A stretch of DNA of 42,068 bases from an uncultured Acidimicrobiia bacterium (lineage in GTDB: Bacteria; Actinomycetota; Acidimicrobiia; Spongiisociales; UBA11373). Positions 13,516 through 21,784 of the stretch are shown in pieces; positions within the stretch are counted from its first letter, which is position 1; every line of letters begins with the position of its first letter. The translations under genes and the position numbers were made by a program. The stretch lies in the NCBI GenBank assembly GCA_964440905.1, contig CAYTTU010000104.1, positions 1-42,068 of the forward strand, read 5' to 3'. The notes under the pieces are model-generated. The model ran no database searches. It saw only the letters and a list, made by a program, of their open reading frames with translations, and had not been told where the DNA came from.

Positions 13516-16428
13516 GTGACCGAGATCAGGCTGGGACCGGGGGATTGGGATACGGCGCTCGCCGACGCCTCCGGACCGCAACTGGTGGTCGCCGGTCCCG
13601 GTGCGGGCAAGACCGAGTTCCTGGTCCGCCGGACCCGTCATCTCATCGCCTCCGGGGTGCCGCCGGAGTCGATCCTGCTCCTCGCCTTTTCCCGGCGCGG
13701 CGCCGCCGAGCTGCGCACCCGGGTCTCCGCCGGCCTCACCCGCTCGTTCAGCGTGGTGGCGGCGGCGACGTTCCACTCCCTGGCGATGCGGCTCCTCGAG
13801 GCCCACGGTCCCATCGGGGGATGGCAGCGCACTCCGACATTGCTCACCGGACCCGAGCATGTCGAGTTGGTGGCCGAGCTGCTCGCCGCCGAGGACCCTG
13901 CTGGCTGGCCGCTTCCGTTCCGCACGGTTCTGGCCAGCCGGGCCTTTGCCGAGGAGGTGGCCGACTTCGTACTGCGCGCCGCCGAACGGCTCGCCGAGCC
14001 GGACGATCTGGAAGCGATGGGCCGCGCCGACTGGCGCGCCCTTCCCGGTTTCGTGCGCCGCTACCGGGACTCCCTGGTGGAGCGGGGCCGCATCGACTAC
14101 GGGACCCTCCAGGTGGAGGCGCTTCGGATCCTTGACCATCCCGAGACCGCTTCCGGTCTCGCCGCAACGTTCTCCCACGTACTGGTGGACGAGTACCAGG
14201 ACACCACGGTGGCCCAGGCTCGCATCTCCGAGCACCTTGCCGCGGTGCACCGCAACCTCACGGTCGCCGGCGATCCCTATCAATCGGTGTACTCGTTCCG
14301 CGGGGCGGAGCTCACCAACGTTGCCGAATTCCCCGACCGGTTCCGCGATGCCTCCGGACAGCCGGCGCGCCGCATCGTGCTCACCCATTCGTTCCGCGTT
14401 CCGGCCGCCATCCTCGATGCCGCGGTGCGGCTCACCTCTGGGGCGGGTCTCCCCGGATCCGCCGGGCCGGTCGAGCCCGCCCCCGGGATCGGTGCAGTCG
14501 AGACCTACGGATTCGACCAACAGTCGGGCGAGGCGGAGTGGATCGCCGCCGAGTTGCAGCGGCTCCACCTGGTCGATCGCATCCCCTATCGGCGTATGGG
14601 GGTTCTGGTGCGCTCCAAGCGCAGATTCCTCCCCGAGCTGTCGCGAGCACTGGACCGGAGGCGGATCCCCCACGCCCGCCCCGACACCCGGCTGGCAGAC
14701 CATCCTGCGGTGCGCCCCGTGCTCGATCTGGCCGAGGCGGCCTGCGGAGATACCGGGGCACTGCGCCGGGTGCTGATGGGGCCGCTGGTGGCGCTCACTC
14801 TGTCCGCCACCCGGGAGATCGAACGCCGTGCCTCGGTAGAGGGATGGACCGTGGCGCTTCAGGGCCGCGGCGAAGCGGTGGATCTGGTCCGCGGCTTGTT
14901 GGCCGAGCCGGCATGGGCCACTACCGATGCGGCCGCCGACGGGTTCTGGACACTGTGGACCGCCCTTCCCGGTTTGCCGGCAATTGCGCTGGCCGATGCC
15001 GACAACCGCCGGGCGCTGGCTTCTTTCTCCCAGGCGCTGGAGCGGTTGCGGGAGCGTGACCCCGGAGCCGGGCTGGCGGGTTACGCCGCCATGATGCGCC
15101 GCGAGGACTTCGAGGCCGAGCCGCTCCTCTCGCTGCGCGACGCCGGTGCCGACCGAGTGACCCTCACCACTTTGCATCAGGCCAAGGGGATGGAGTTCGA
15201 GGTGGTGTTCATCGCCGATGCCCGCGAGGGGGTGCTGCCTGACCTGCGGGCACGCGACTCACTGCTGGGAACCCGCCACTTGTCACCGGCATTGAGCGGC
15301 GACGACCGGGCCTACGCCCGGTTCCGGGTGCAGGAAGAGCGCCGTCTGGCGTACACCGCCATGTGCCGGGCCAGCCGGCGCGTGGTGTGGACCTGCACCG
15401 TCGGCTCGCCGGACCACACCGAGGGGACCCCGAGCCGCTTCCTCGCCCTGGTGGCGGGGCGTCCCCTCGACGAAGCGGTGCGTCCTCCGGACGAAACCAC
15501 CCGGCCCACCACGCCGCGCGACGCCGAAGCGTGGTTGCGAAGACGACTCGGCGACCCCTCCCTCCCCGCTGCCGAGCGTATCGCCGCCCTCGGCGCACTT
15601 GCCGAAGGCGATTGGAGGCCGCGCCCGATCACAGAGTTCGCCGGCATTCTGGCGCATGGTCCGGACACCGGGCTGATCGACCCCGAACCGCGGCTCTCCC
15701 CCAGCCAGGCCGAGTCCTACGCCGACTGCCCGCGCCGCTACGCCTTCGAGCGGCTGCTGCGGATCAGCGACGGCGGTTCGAAGAGCGCCTCGCTGGGAAG
15801 CGTGCTGCACCGGGTCCTGGAGATCGCCGAGCGCGATGCGGTCGCCGCGGGCCGCGACCACGGAGAGGTCGAGCACGCCGTGGAGGTGTTCGCCGCCGAG
15901 TTCGATCCCGCCGAATTCGACGGACCCCCGTGGTCGGACTCGTGGCACCGACGCGGCGAGCGCATTCTGCGCCACCTCTACGAGTACTGGCCGGGCAAAG
16001 GCCCGGCGGTGGGATTCGAGAGCGCGGTGTCGCATCAACTCGACGGAGTCACCTGGGTGGGACGGGTCGATCGCGCCGAGCAACGGTCCGACGGGGTTCA
16101 CATCATCGACTACAAGACCGGGACCTCGGTCAAGAAGCTCGACGAGGCCGCTGGGGCGGTGCAGCTCGGGTTCTACGTGCTCGCCTCCGGGGAGGGGGTG
16201 ACGGGCGCCGAGTTCTGGTATCCCGGCGACTCCCCGGGCAAGCGCAAGAGCGTCACGGTGCGCCGCTTCGAGATGAACCGGCTTCCCGAGGTGCGCGACG
16301 AGATGCTGCGGGTGCAGGTGGGGATTCTCGCCGAGCAGTGGCCCCCCACCCCCGGCGACCACTGCGAGCGCTGCCCGGTGCGCATCGTCTGTCCGGAGTG
16401 GCCCGAGGGTCGAGAGGCGTATTCGTGA
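13516..16428 (+). CDS. adnA: ATP-dependent helicase-nuclease subunit AdnA (UvrD-like motor + RecB-type nuclease)
   Basis: 970 aa with a GTG start. GPGAGKTE Walker A, VDEYQDT, a C-terminal IIDYKTG nuclease motif and CERCPVRIVC. It is the first gene of a coupled pair, as in mycobacterial adnAB. Confidence 0.8.
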   Translation: MTEIRLGPGDWDTALADASGPQLVVAGPGAGKTEFLVRRTRHLIASGVPPESILLLAFSRRGAAELRTRVSAGLTRSFSVVAAATFHSLAMRLLEAHGPIGGWQRTPTLLTGPEHVELVAELLAAEDPAGWPLPFRTVLASRAFAEEVADFVLRAAERLAEPDDLEAMGRADWRALPGFVRRYRDSLVERGRIDYGTLQVEALRILDHPETASGLAATFSHVLVDEYQDTTVAQARISEHLAAVHRNLTVAGDPYQSVYSFRGAELTNVAEFPDRFRDASGQPARRIVLTHSFRVPAAILDAAVRLTSGAGLPGSAGPVEPAPGIGAVETYGFDQQSGEAEWIAAELQRLHLVDRIPYRRMGVLVRSKRRFLPELSRALDRRRIPHARPDTRLADHPAVRPVLDLAEAACGDTGALRRVLMGPLVALTLSATREIERRASVEGWTVALQGRGEAVDLVRGLLAEPAWATTDAAADGFWTLWTALPGLPAIALADADNRRALASFSQALERLRERDPGAGLAGYAAMMRREDFEAEPLLSLRDAGADRVTLTTLHQAKGMEFEVVFIADAREGVLPDLRARDSLLGTRHLSPALSGDDRAYARFRVQEERRLAYTAMCRASRRVVWTCTVGSPDHTEGTPSRFLALVAGRPLDEAVRPPDETTRPTTPRDAEAWLRRRLGDPSLPAAERIAALGALAEGDWRPRPITEFAGILAHGPDTGLIDPEPRLSPSQAESYADCPRRYAFERLLRISDGGSKSASLGSVLHRVLEIAERDAVAAGRDHGEVEHAVEVFAAEFDPAEFDGPPWSDSWHRRGERILRHLYEYWPGKGPAVGFESAVSHQLDGVTWVGRVDRAEQRSDGVHIIDYKTGTSVKKLDEAAGAVQLGFYVLASGEGVTGAEFWYPGDSPGKRKSVTVRRFEMNRLPEVRDEMLRVQVGILAEQWPPTPGDHCERCPVRIVCPEWPEGREAYS

Positions 16429-19400
16429 ACGCCGACCCGCTCTTTACCCCGACGCCGGAGCAGGAGGCGGTGATCACCCATCCCCTCGAGCCGCTGCGGG
16501 TGGCGGCCGGTGCCGGAGCGGGCAAGACCGGCACCATGGCGCGCCGCCTCGCCCACTTCGTCACCGCAGGCGAGATCGATCCCGAAGAGGCGCTGGGGAT
16601 CACCTTCACCAACAAGGCGGCGGCGGAGCTGGCGGAGCGGCTGCGCCGCACCCTTCCGGAGGCCGCCGCCGACGGGCGCGAGGTCGAGGTGACCACCTAT
16701 CACGGCTTCGCCCACGGGCTGTTGCGGGAGTTCGGAACGCTGGTCGGTATCGATCGCACCGCCCGGATCATCACCCCCGGCTATGCCCGCCAGCTGATCC
16801 GCGACGCCATAGCCGCCGAGCCCCGCCCCGGACTCGACCTGATCCAGCCCGGCCGCGTGGTGGACCGAATCGCCGGCCTCGCCTCGTCGCTGGGGGACCA
16901 CCTGCTGGAGCCCGCAGCGCTACTCGACGACGCCACCGACGAGGTCGCCTCCGGGCGCAACCTGCTGGCCGGGGTCATCGCCGAGTACCGGGAACGTAAG
17001 GGCCGCCTAGGGGTCGTCGACTTCGGTGACCTGGTGGCCATGGCACACCGCCTGGTCACCACCCATGCAGAGATCGCAGCGCGGATCCGGGGCCGTTACC
17101 GCATCGTGTTGCTCGACGAGTATCAGGACACCAACCCCGGTCAGCGCGAATTGCTGCGGGCGATATTCGGAGACGGGTTCCCGGTCACCGCGGTGGGCGA
17201 CACCGACCAAACGATCTTCGAGTGGCGCGGTGCCTCGCCGCGCAACTTTGAGGAGTTCCCCCATCACTTCCCCCGCAGCGATGGCACCGCGGCACTCACC
17301 CTCGATCTGTCGGTGACCTGGCGCAACGACTCCGCCATCGTGGCCGCCGCCAATTCGGTGCGGGGACGGCTCACCCGTCCCGGGCCGCTGGAGCGACTAG
17401 TGGCCCGACCCGACGCCGGTCCGGGCAGCATCGTGACCCATTGGGCCCGCACCTCACGCGACGAGGCGCGCTGGCTTGCCGCCGAGGTGGCGGCCCACCA
17501 CGAGACCGGGCTGCCGTGGCGGCAGATGGCGGTGCTGTTCCGCAAGCACCTGCAGATGGCGATGGTGCGCGACGCCCTGGTGGAACGCGGCATTCCGGTG
17601 GAGGTCGCCTCATTGGGCGGACTGCTCGAGGTGCCCGAGGTGGTGGAACTGCATTGCTGGTTGCGGGTGCTGGGTCGTCCCGACGATGCGGTCGCCCTGA
17701 GTCGGCTCCTTACCGGAGCGCGCTTTCGACTCGGTCTGGGCGATCTCGCACCGCTGGTGCGCTGGGTGCGCGCCCGCACCCGGGCCGACGCCGATGAAGA
17801 GTCCGCCGTTGGCTGGGCGCTGCTCGAAGCGGTCGACGATCTGGAGCGAGTCGGCGGGATCGACCCCGAGGCGCACCGGCGCCTCGAGGCCTTCCGGAGC
17901 CGTTACCGCTCGCTGCTGGTCACCGCCCAGGGGGTCAGCCTGGTCGAGCTGTGCCGACGCATCCTGGATGAGACCGACGTCTGGGCCGAGGTCGAGGCGC
18001 TCGACGACGCCGCCCGGCTCTCGGCCCGGCTCAATCTCTACCGGTTCCTCGACCTCGCCGAGGAATGGAGCCCGCTCGAAGGGGCGCCCTCACTTTCCGC
18101 CTTCCTCGATCACCTCGACCTCCTCGCCGACGAAGCATCGTCGGGTGAGCTCGACACCGCCCGGGTCAGCGGCGCCGATGCGGTGCCGTTGCTCACCGTG
18201 CATCGCGCCAAGGGCCTGGAGTGGGATGTGGTGTTCCTCCCCGCACTGGCCGACAAGGTGTTCCCAGGGCGAGTGATCCAGTACGAGGATCCCGTGACCG
18301 TCCCCTCGGTGCTCCCCTACCGACTCCGCCTCGATTCGGGCGACCTCCCCGAGCTGCCCGAGGACGAGAAGGAGCGCCGTCGGATTCTCAAGGAGATGCA
18401 CGATGAACAGGAGTGGCGCACCGCGTACGTGGCGGTGACCCGGGCGCGCCACACGCTGTATGGGTCCGGGGCCTACTGGACGGGTGGGGCCACGGCCCGC
18501 GATCCGAGCGAACTGTTCGTCCTGCTCGACGGGATCGGCCTTCCCGCCCCGGACCGCGCCACAGAGCCCGGGGATCCGCCGGCGGTGTGGCGGGAGGCGG
18601 CGACCGCACCGGCTCCCGATCCCCTGTTCCCCGACGGGCACCGCGCCGCTCTGGCCGCTACTGCGGCAGACCCCGAGGTCCCCGAACGGATCGCCGCGGC
18701 CCAAGGACTGGGCGAGTCGTACGCTCGCATCGTGGAGCAGCTGCACCTCGAGTTGGCCGGGCTTCCCGGACCGGTGACCGCAGCGGACGAACCCGTCCCC
18801 TTCACCGCATCGGTGACCGGGATGGTGACCCTCGCCGGTTGCCCGCTGCGCTTTCGATGGGCTGAGCTGGATCGGCTCCCGCGCCATCCCACACCGGCGG
18901 CCCGCAGAGGGGTCGAGTTACATCGCCGCATCGAGATGCACAATCGCGGCGCGGCCGCATTCGAGGAAGCCGATGCCGGCTTCTACGACGCCGTCGGGGA
19001 GGAACGCGCCCCGGACAGCGCGTTCGAGCGCTATCAGCGCTCGAGGTTTGCCGCGGTGCGGCCCATCCTGGTCGAGGCCCCATTCACCCTGGTCGTCGGC
19101 GAGGCCCGCATCTCGGGACGGATCGATGCGGTGTACGAGGACGAGGCCGGCTGGGAGGTGGTCGACTTCAAGAGCGGACGGGCCGCCGACGATCCGACGC
19201 GGCGCGTCCAGCTCGAGGCGTACGCCCTCGCCGTCGCCGAGGCCGGGCTCGCCGGGGGGCGATCCCCGGGAACCATCCGGGTGACCTTCGCCTACTGCGG
19301 TGGCGCCGAGGTGGAGGAGGTCACCGAGACCGTAGATGCGGCCTGGCTGAAGGGGGCCCGGGAGCATTTCGCCACGCTGGTCTCGACGGCTGCCGCCGCC

Positions 19401-19493
19401 GAGCATCCCGCCCGGCCCTCGCCGTCGTGCCGGCGTTGCGACTTCCTCCATATGTGCCCGGCGGGCACTGCCTGGATGGCGGCCAACGGGTGA
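16425..19493 (+). CDS. adnB: ATP-dependent helicase-nuclease subunit AdnB
   Basis: 1022 aa from GTG 16425, a GTGA overlap with the adnA stop. AGAGKTG Walker A, LLDEYQDTN, VHRAKGLEWD, a C-terminal VVDFKSG nuclease motif and CRRCDFLHMC. The upstream 354 codons of the long ORF overlap adnA and are rejected. Confidence 0.8.
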   Translation: MNADPLFTPTPEQEAVITHPLEPLRVAAGAGAGKTGTMARRLAHFVTAGEIDPEEALGITFTNKAAAELAERLRRTLPEAAADGREVEVTTYHGFAHGLLREFGTLVGIDRTARIITPGYARQLIRDAIAAEPRPGLDLIQPGRVVDRIAGLASSLGDHLLEPAALLDDATDEVASGRNLLAGVIAEYRERKGRLGVVDFGDLVAMAHRLVTTHAEIAARIRGRYRIVLLDEYQDTNPGQRELLRAIFGDGFPVTAVGDTDQTIFEWRGASPRNFEEFPHHFPRSDGTAALTLDLSVTWRNDSAIVAAANSVRGRLTRPGPLERLVARPDAGPGSIVTHWARTSRDEARWLAAEVAAHHETGLPWRQMAVLFRKHLQMAMVRDALVERGIPVEVASLGGLLEVPEVVELHCWLRVLGRPDDAVALSRLLTGARFRLGLGDLAPLVRWVRARTRADADEESAVGWALLEAVDDLERVGGIDPEAHRRLEAFRSRYRSLLVTAQGVSLVELCRRILDETDVWAEVEALDDAARLSARLNLYRFLDLAEEWSPLEGAPSLSAFLDHLDLLADEASSGELDTARVSGADAVPLLTVHRAKGLEWDVVFLPALADKVFPGRVIQYEDPVTVPSVLPYRLRLDSGDLPELPEDEKERRRILKEMHDEQEWRTAYVAVTRARHTLYGSGAYWTGGATARDPSELFVLLDGIGLPAPDRATEPGDPPAVWREAATAPAPDPLFPDGHRAALAATAADPEVPERIAAAQGLGESYARIVEQLHLELAGLPGPVTAADEPVPFTASVTGMVTLAGCPLRFRWAELDRLPRHPTPAARRGVELHRRIEMHNRGAAAFEEADAGFYDAVGEERAPDSAFERYQRSRFAAVRPILVEAPFTLVVGEARISGRIDAVYEDEAGWEVVDFKSGRAADDPTRRVQLEAYALAVAEAGLAGGRSPGTIRVTFAYCGGAEVEEVTETVDAAWLKGAREHFATLVSTAAAAEHPARPSPSCRRCDFLHMCPAGTAWMAANG

Positions 19494-20062
19494 TCGCCGC
19501 CCTGATCGTCGGGTTCCTCATCGGCTCCCTGCCCACCGCCGACCTGCTCGCCCGGCGCCGCGGGTTGGATCTGCGCGGCGACGGGTCGGGCAATCCCGGC
19601 GCCGCCAATGCGCTGCGAGTTGGGGGGCGGTCGCTGGCGGCAGCGGTGCTCGCCCTCGACCTGATGAAGGGCGGCGCCGCGGCGCTGCTCGGCTGGTCGT
19701 GGGGTGGCGAAGGCGGAGCGGCCGCGGCGGGGGTGGCGGCGATCGCCGGACAGGTGCGCAACCCGTGGTTCCGGGGCCGGGGCGGAAAGGGACTGGCGGT
19801 GACCGGAGGCACCATGGTTGTGGTGTGGCCCACCGGTGTGCTGCCGCTGCTCGCGGTGATCGCAGTCGGATCGCGCCTTGCCGGGTCGGCCGCCGGAAGC
19901 CTCGTCGGTATCGCCACCCTGGTCGGCGCCTCAGTGGTGTGGGCGACCCAGGACTGGGCCATGGCCTGGGGCATCACCGCCGACGACCGACTCGTGTGGT
20001 ACACGATCGGCGTGGCGGTGATCACCACCCCGAAATTCCTGGGAGGCCTGCGACGCCGCTAG
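19490..20062 (+). CDS. plsY: glycerol-3-phosphate acyltransferase PlsY
   Basis: 190 aa from GTG 19490, a GTGA overlap with the adnB stop. GSGNPGAANA signature and a multi-TM body. Confidence 0.85.
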   Translation: MIAALIVGFLIGSLPTADLLARRRGLDLRGDGSGNPGAANALRVGGRSLAAAVLALDLMKGGAAALLGWSWGGEGGAAAAGVAAIAGQVRNPWFRGRGGKGLAVTGGTMVVVWPTGVLPLLAVIAVGSRLAGSAAGSLVGIATLVGASVVWATQDWAMAWGITADDRLVWYTIGVAVITTPKFLGGLRRR

Positions 20063-20499
20063 ACCTCGTCGAGCACAATGGTGACTGGACCGTCGTTCAC
20101 CAGCGATACCACCATGGACGCCCCGAAGCGGCCCGTGGCGACGGCGACCCCGGTGGCGGCGATATGCCGCTCCACCGCCCCGACCAGGGCCGCCGCCTCA
20201 TCGGGAGGCGCCGCCTTGGTGAACGAGGGCCGCCTCCCCCGCGTCGTGTCCGCCACCAGCGTGAACTGGCTGACCACCAGCACCGCACCCCCGACGTCTG
20301 CCACCGAGAGATTCATCTTCCCGGAGTCGTCGGGGAAGATTCGGATGTGGACGATGGAGTCCGCCAGGCGCCGCGCCACGGTGGCATCGTCGCCGGCGGC
20401 CACGCCCACCAGGGCGAGCAGACCGGGCCCGATCTCACCGATCACCTCACCATCCACCTCGACCCGAGCGGAACTCACCCGTTGCAGCACGCAGCGCAT
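20059..20499 (-). CDS. dtd: D-aminoacyl-tRNA deacylase
   Basis: 146 aa. MRCVLQRVSSARVEVDGEVIGEIGPGLLALVGV start and an SQFTL motif. Confidence 0.9.
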   Translation of the reverse strand: MRCVLQRVSSARVEVDGEVIGEIGPGLLALVGVAAGDDATVARRLADSIVHIRIFPDDSGKMNLSVADVGGAVLVVSQFTLVADTTRGRRPSFTKAAPPDEAAALVGAVERHIAATGVAVATGRFGASMVVSLVNDGPVTIVLDEV

Positions 20500-20524
20500 C
20501 GCGTCGCAGGCTAACCGCGGGACC

Positions 20525-21784
20525 TCAGATGCCCGGCAGGTCGTGCTCGGCCGTCGTGATGGGCGCGGCCCGTGGTGGCGGCAGCGGAGGGACCAGGAGG
20601 CGGAATCCGATCGGTGACGCCATCGCCGAAAACGCCACCAGCAGGATGGCGCCGGCTCGCAGTCCGGGAGACAACAACCCGAGACTGAGGCCGAGATCCG
20701 CCAGCACGATCACCACCGACAGCTGACCGGCCAGCAGTAATCCTGCCCCGAGTGCCTCCCTCAGTCGGAAGCGTCGCAGGACCAGCAACAGCGTTGGCAG
20801 TACCTTGACGGCGAACGCGATCGCTATCAGAGCGAGCGCCTCGCCGAAGACTCTCCGGTCGGAGAGATCATCCAGCGGGAACCCGATCCCCACGTTGATG
20901 AAGAAGACCGGGATGAAGAAGCCGAAGGAGAAACCCTTGAGTTGCTCCTCGAGCGGGCCGCGCTCGCGGAACACGAAAGCGAACACCGCTCCCGCAAGAA
21001 AGGCGCCGAGGATGGCCTCCACCTCGAGCAACGCCGACAGTCCGACGCAGACGAACAGAAGGGCCATCGTCGCCCGAGTTCCCATCTCCTGAGGGTCGTC
21101 AGATCGGAACAGGCGCTCGAACCTCTCCGGCCGCCACCACGCGGCACGCCGTAGCACCACGAGTGCGGCGAGCATGACTCCGAGCAGTGCAGGGACCCGG
21201 AGCAGCCCGAACCCGATTCCGGACTCGACGGCAACGCTGATCACGACGATGCCAATCAGCGCTCCGATCTCGGCCACGATCGCCGTGATCAGCACCGCCT
21301 GGCCGAGACGGCTGCCGGTACGTCGGGTCTCCCGCAGGGCCGGCACCACCAAGCCCAGGGCGGCCGACGACAGCAGGAAGGTGAGAAACAGGCGCTCCTC
21401 GATCGACTTGGTATCGAGGAACCCCGAGCCGACGTATGACGCCACCAGAAAACCGGCGAACAGCCCGACGCCGAGCAACGTCGCCGATCTTCCCTGACGC
21501 TCCAATCGGTCGAAGTCGATCTCGAATCCGGCGAGGAACATCAGGAGAAAGAGTCCGAACTCGGCGAGAAACCTGAGGAGGGGCTCGCCGGCCACTATCA
21601 GCCCCAACCAGGGTCCCACCACCACGCCGAATCCGATCTCGAGCACGACCGCCGGAATGCGCAGGCGCCCGGCCACGAGAGGGATCAGAAATGCCGCCGC
21701 GGCGATGGCGATCAAAGATCCTGGCGTGGCGATGCCGTGCTCGCCTCCCCCGGACTCGGCGATCTGCGTTGCATAGCCGATCAT
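20525..21784 (-). CDS. cation:proton antiporter (CPA2/Kef-type membrane domain)
   Basis: 419 aa with about 12 TM helices and the Na+/H+ exchanger family pattern. ATGA overlap with the upstream RCK gene. Confidence 0.8.
   Translation of the reverse strand: MIGYATQIAESGGGEHGIATPGSLIAIAAAAFLIPLVAGRLRIPAVVLEIGFGVVVGPWLGLIVAGEPLLRFLAEFGLFLLMFLAGFEIDFDRLERQGRSATLLGVGLFAGFLVASYVGSGFLDTKSIEERLFLTFLLSSAALGLVVPALRETRRTGSRLGQAVLITAIVAEIGALIGIVVISVAVESGIGFGLLRVPALLGVMLAALVVLRRAAWWRPERFERLFRSDDPQEMGTRATMALLFVCVGLSALLEVEAILGAFLAGAVFAFVFRERGPLEEQLKGFSFGFFIPVFFINVGIGFPLDDLSDRRVFGEALALIAIAFAVKVLPTLLLVLRRFRLREALGAGLLLAGQLSVVIVLADLGLSLGLLSPGLRAGAILLVAFSAMASPIGFRLLVPPLPPPRAAPITTAEHDLPGI

Noticed and set aside
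13321-15177. 618-aa ORF on the minus strand
   Set aside because: It is antisense to adnA and overlaps the gdh start. It has no motifs and an Arg/Gly/Pro-rich composition.
15363-16424. 354-codon N-terminal extension of the adnB ORF (1376-aa ORF in the track)
   Set aside because: It lies entirely within adnA in another frame and is Arg/Pro-rich. Recognisable AdnB sequence starts at GTG 16425, which overlaps the adnA stop.
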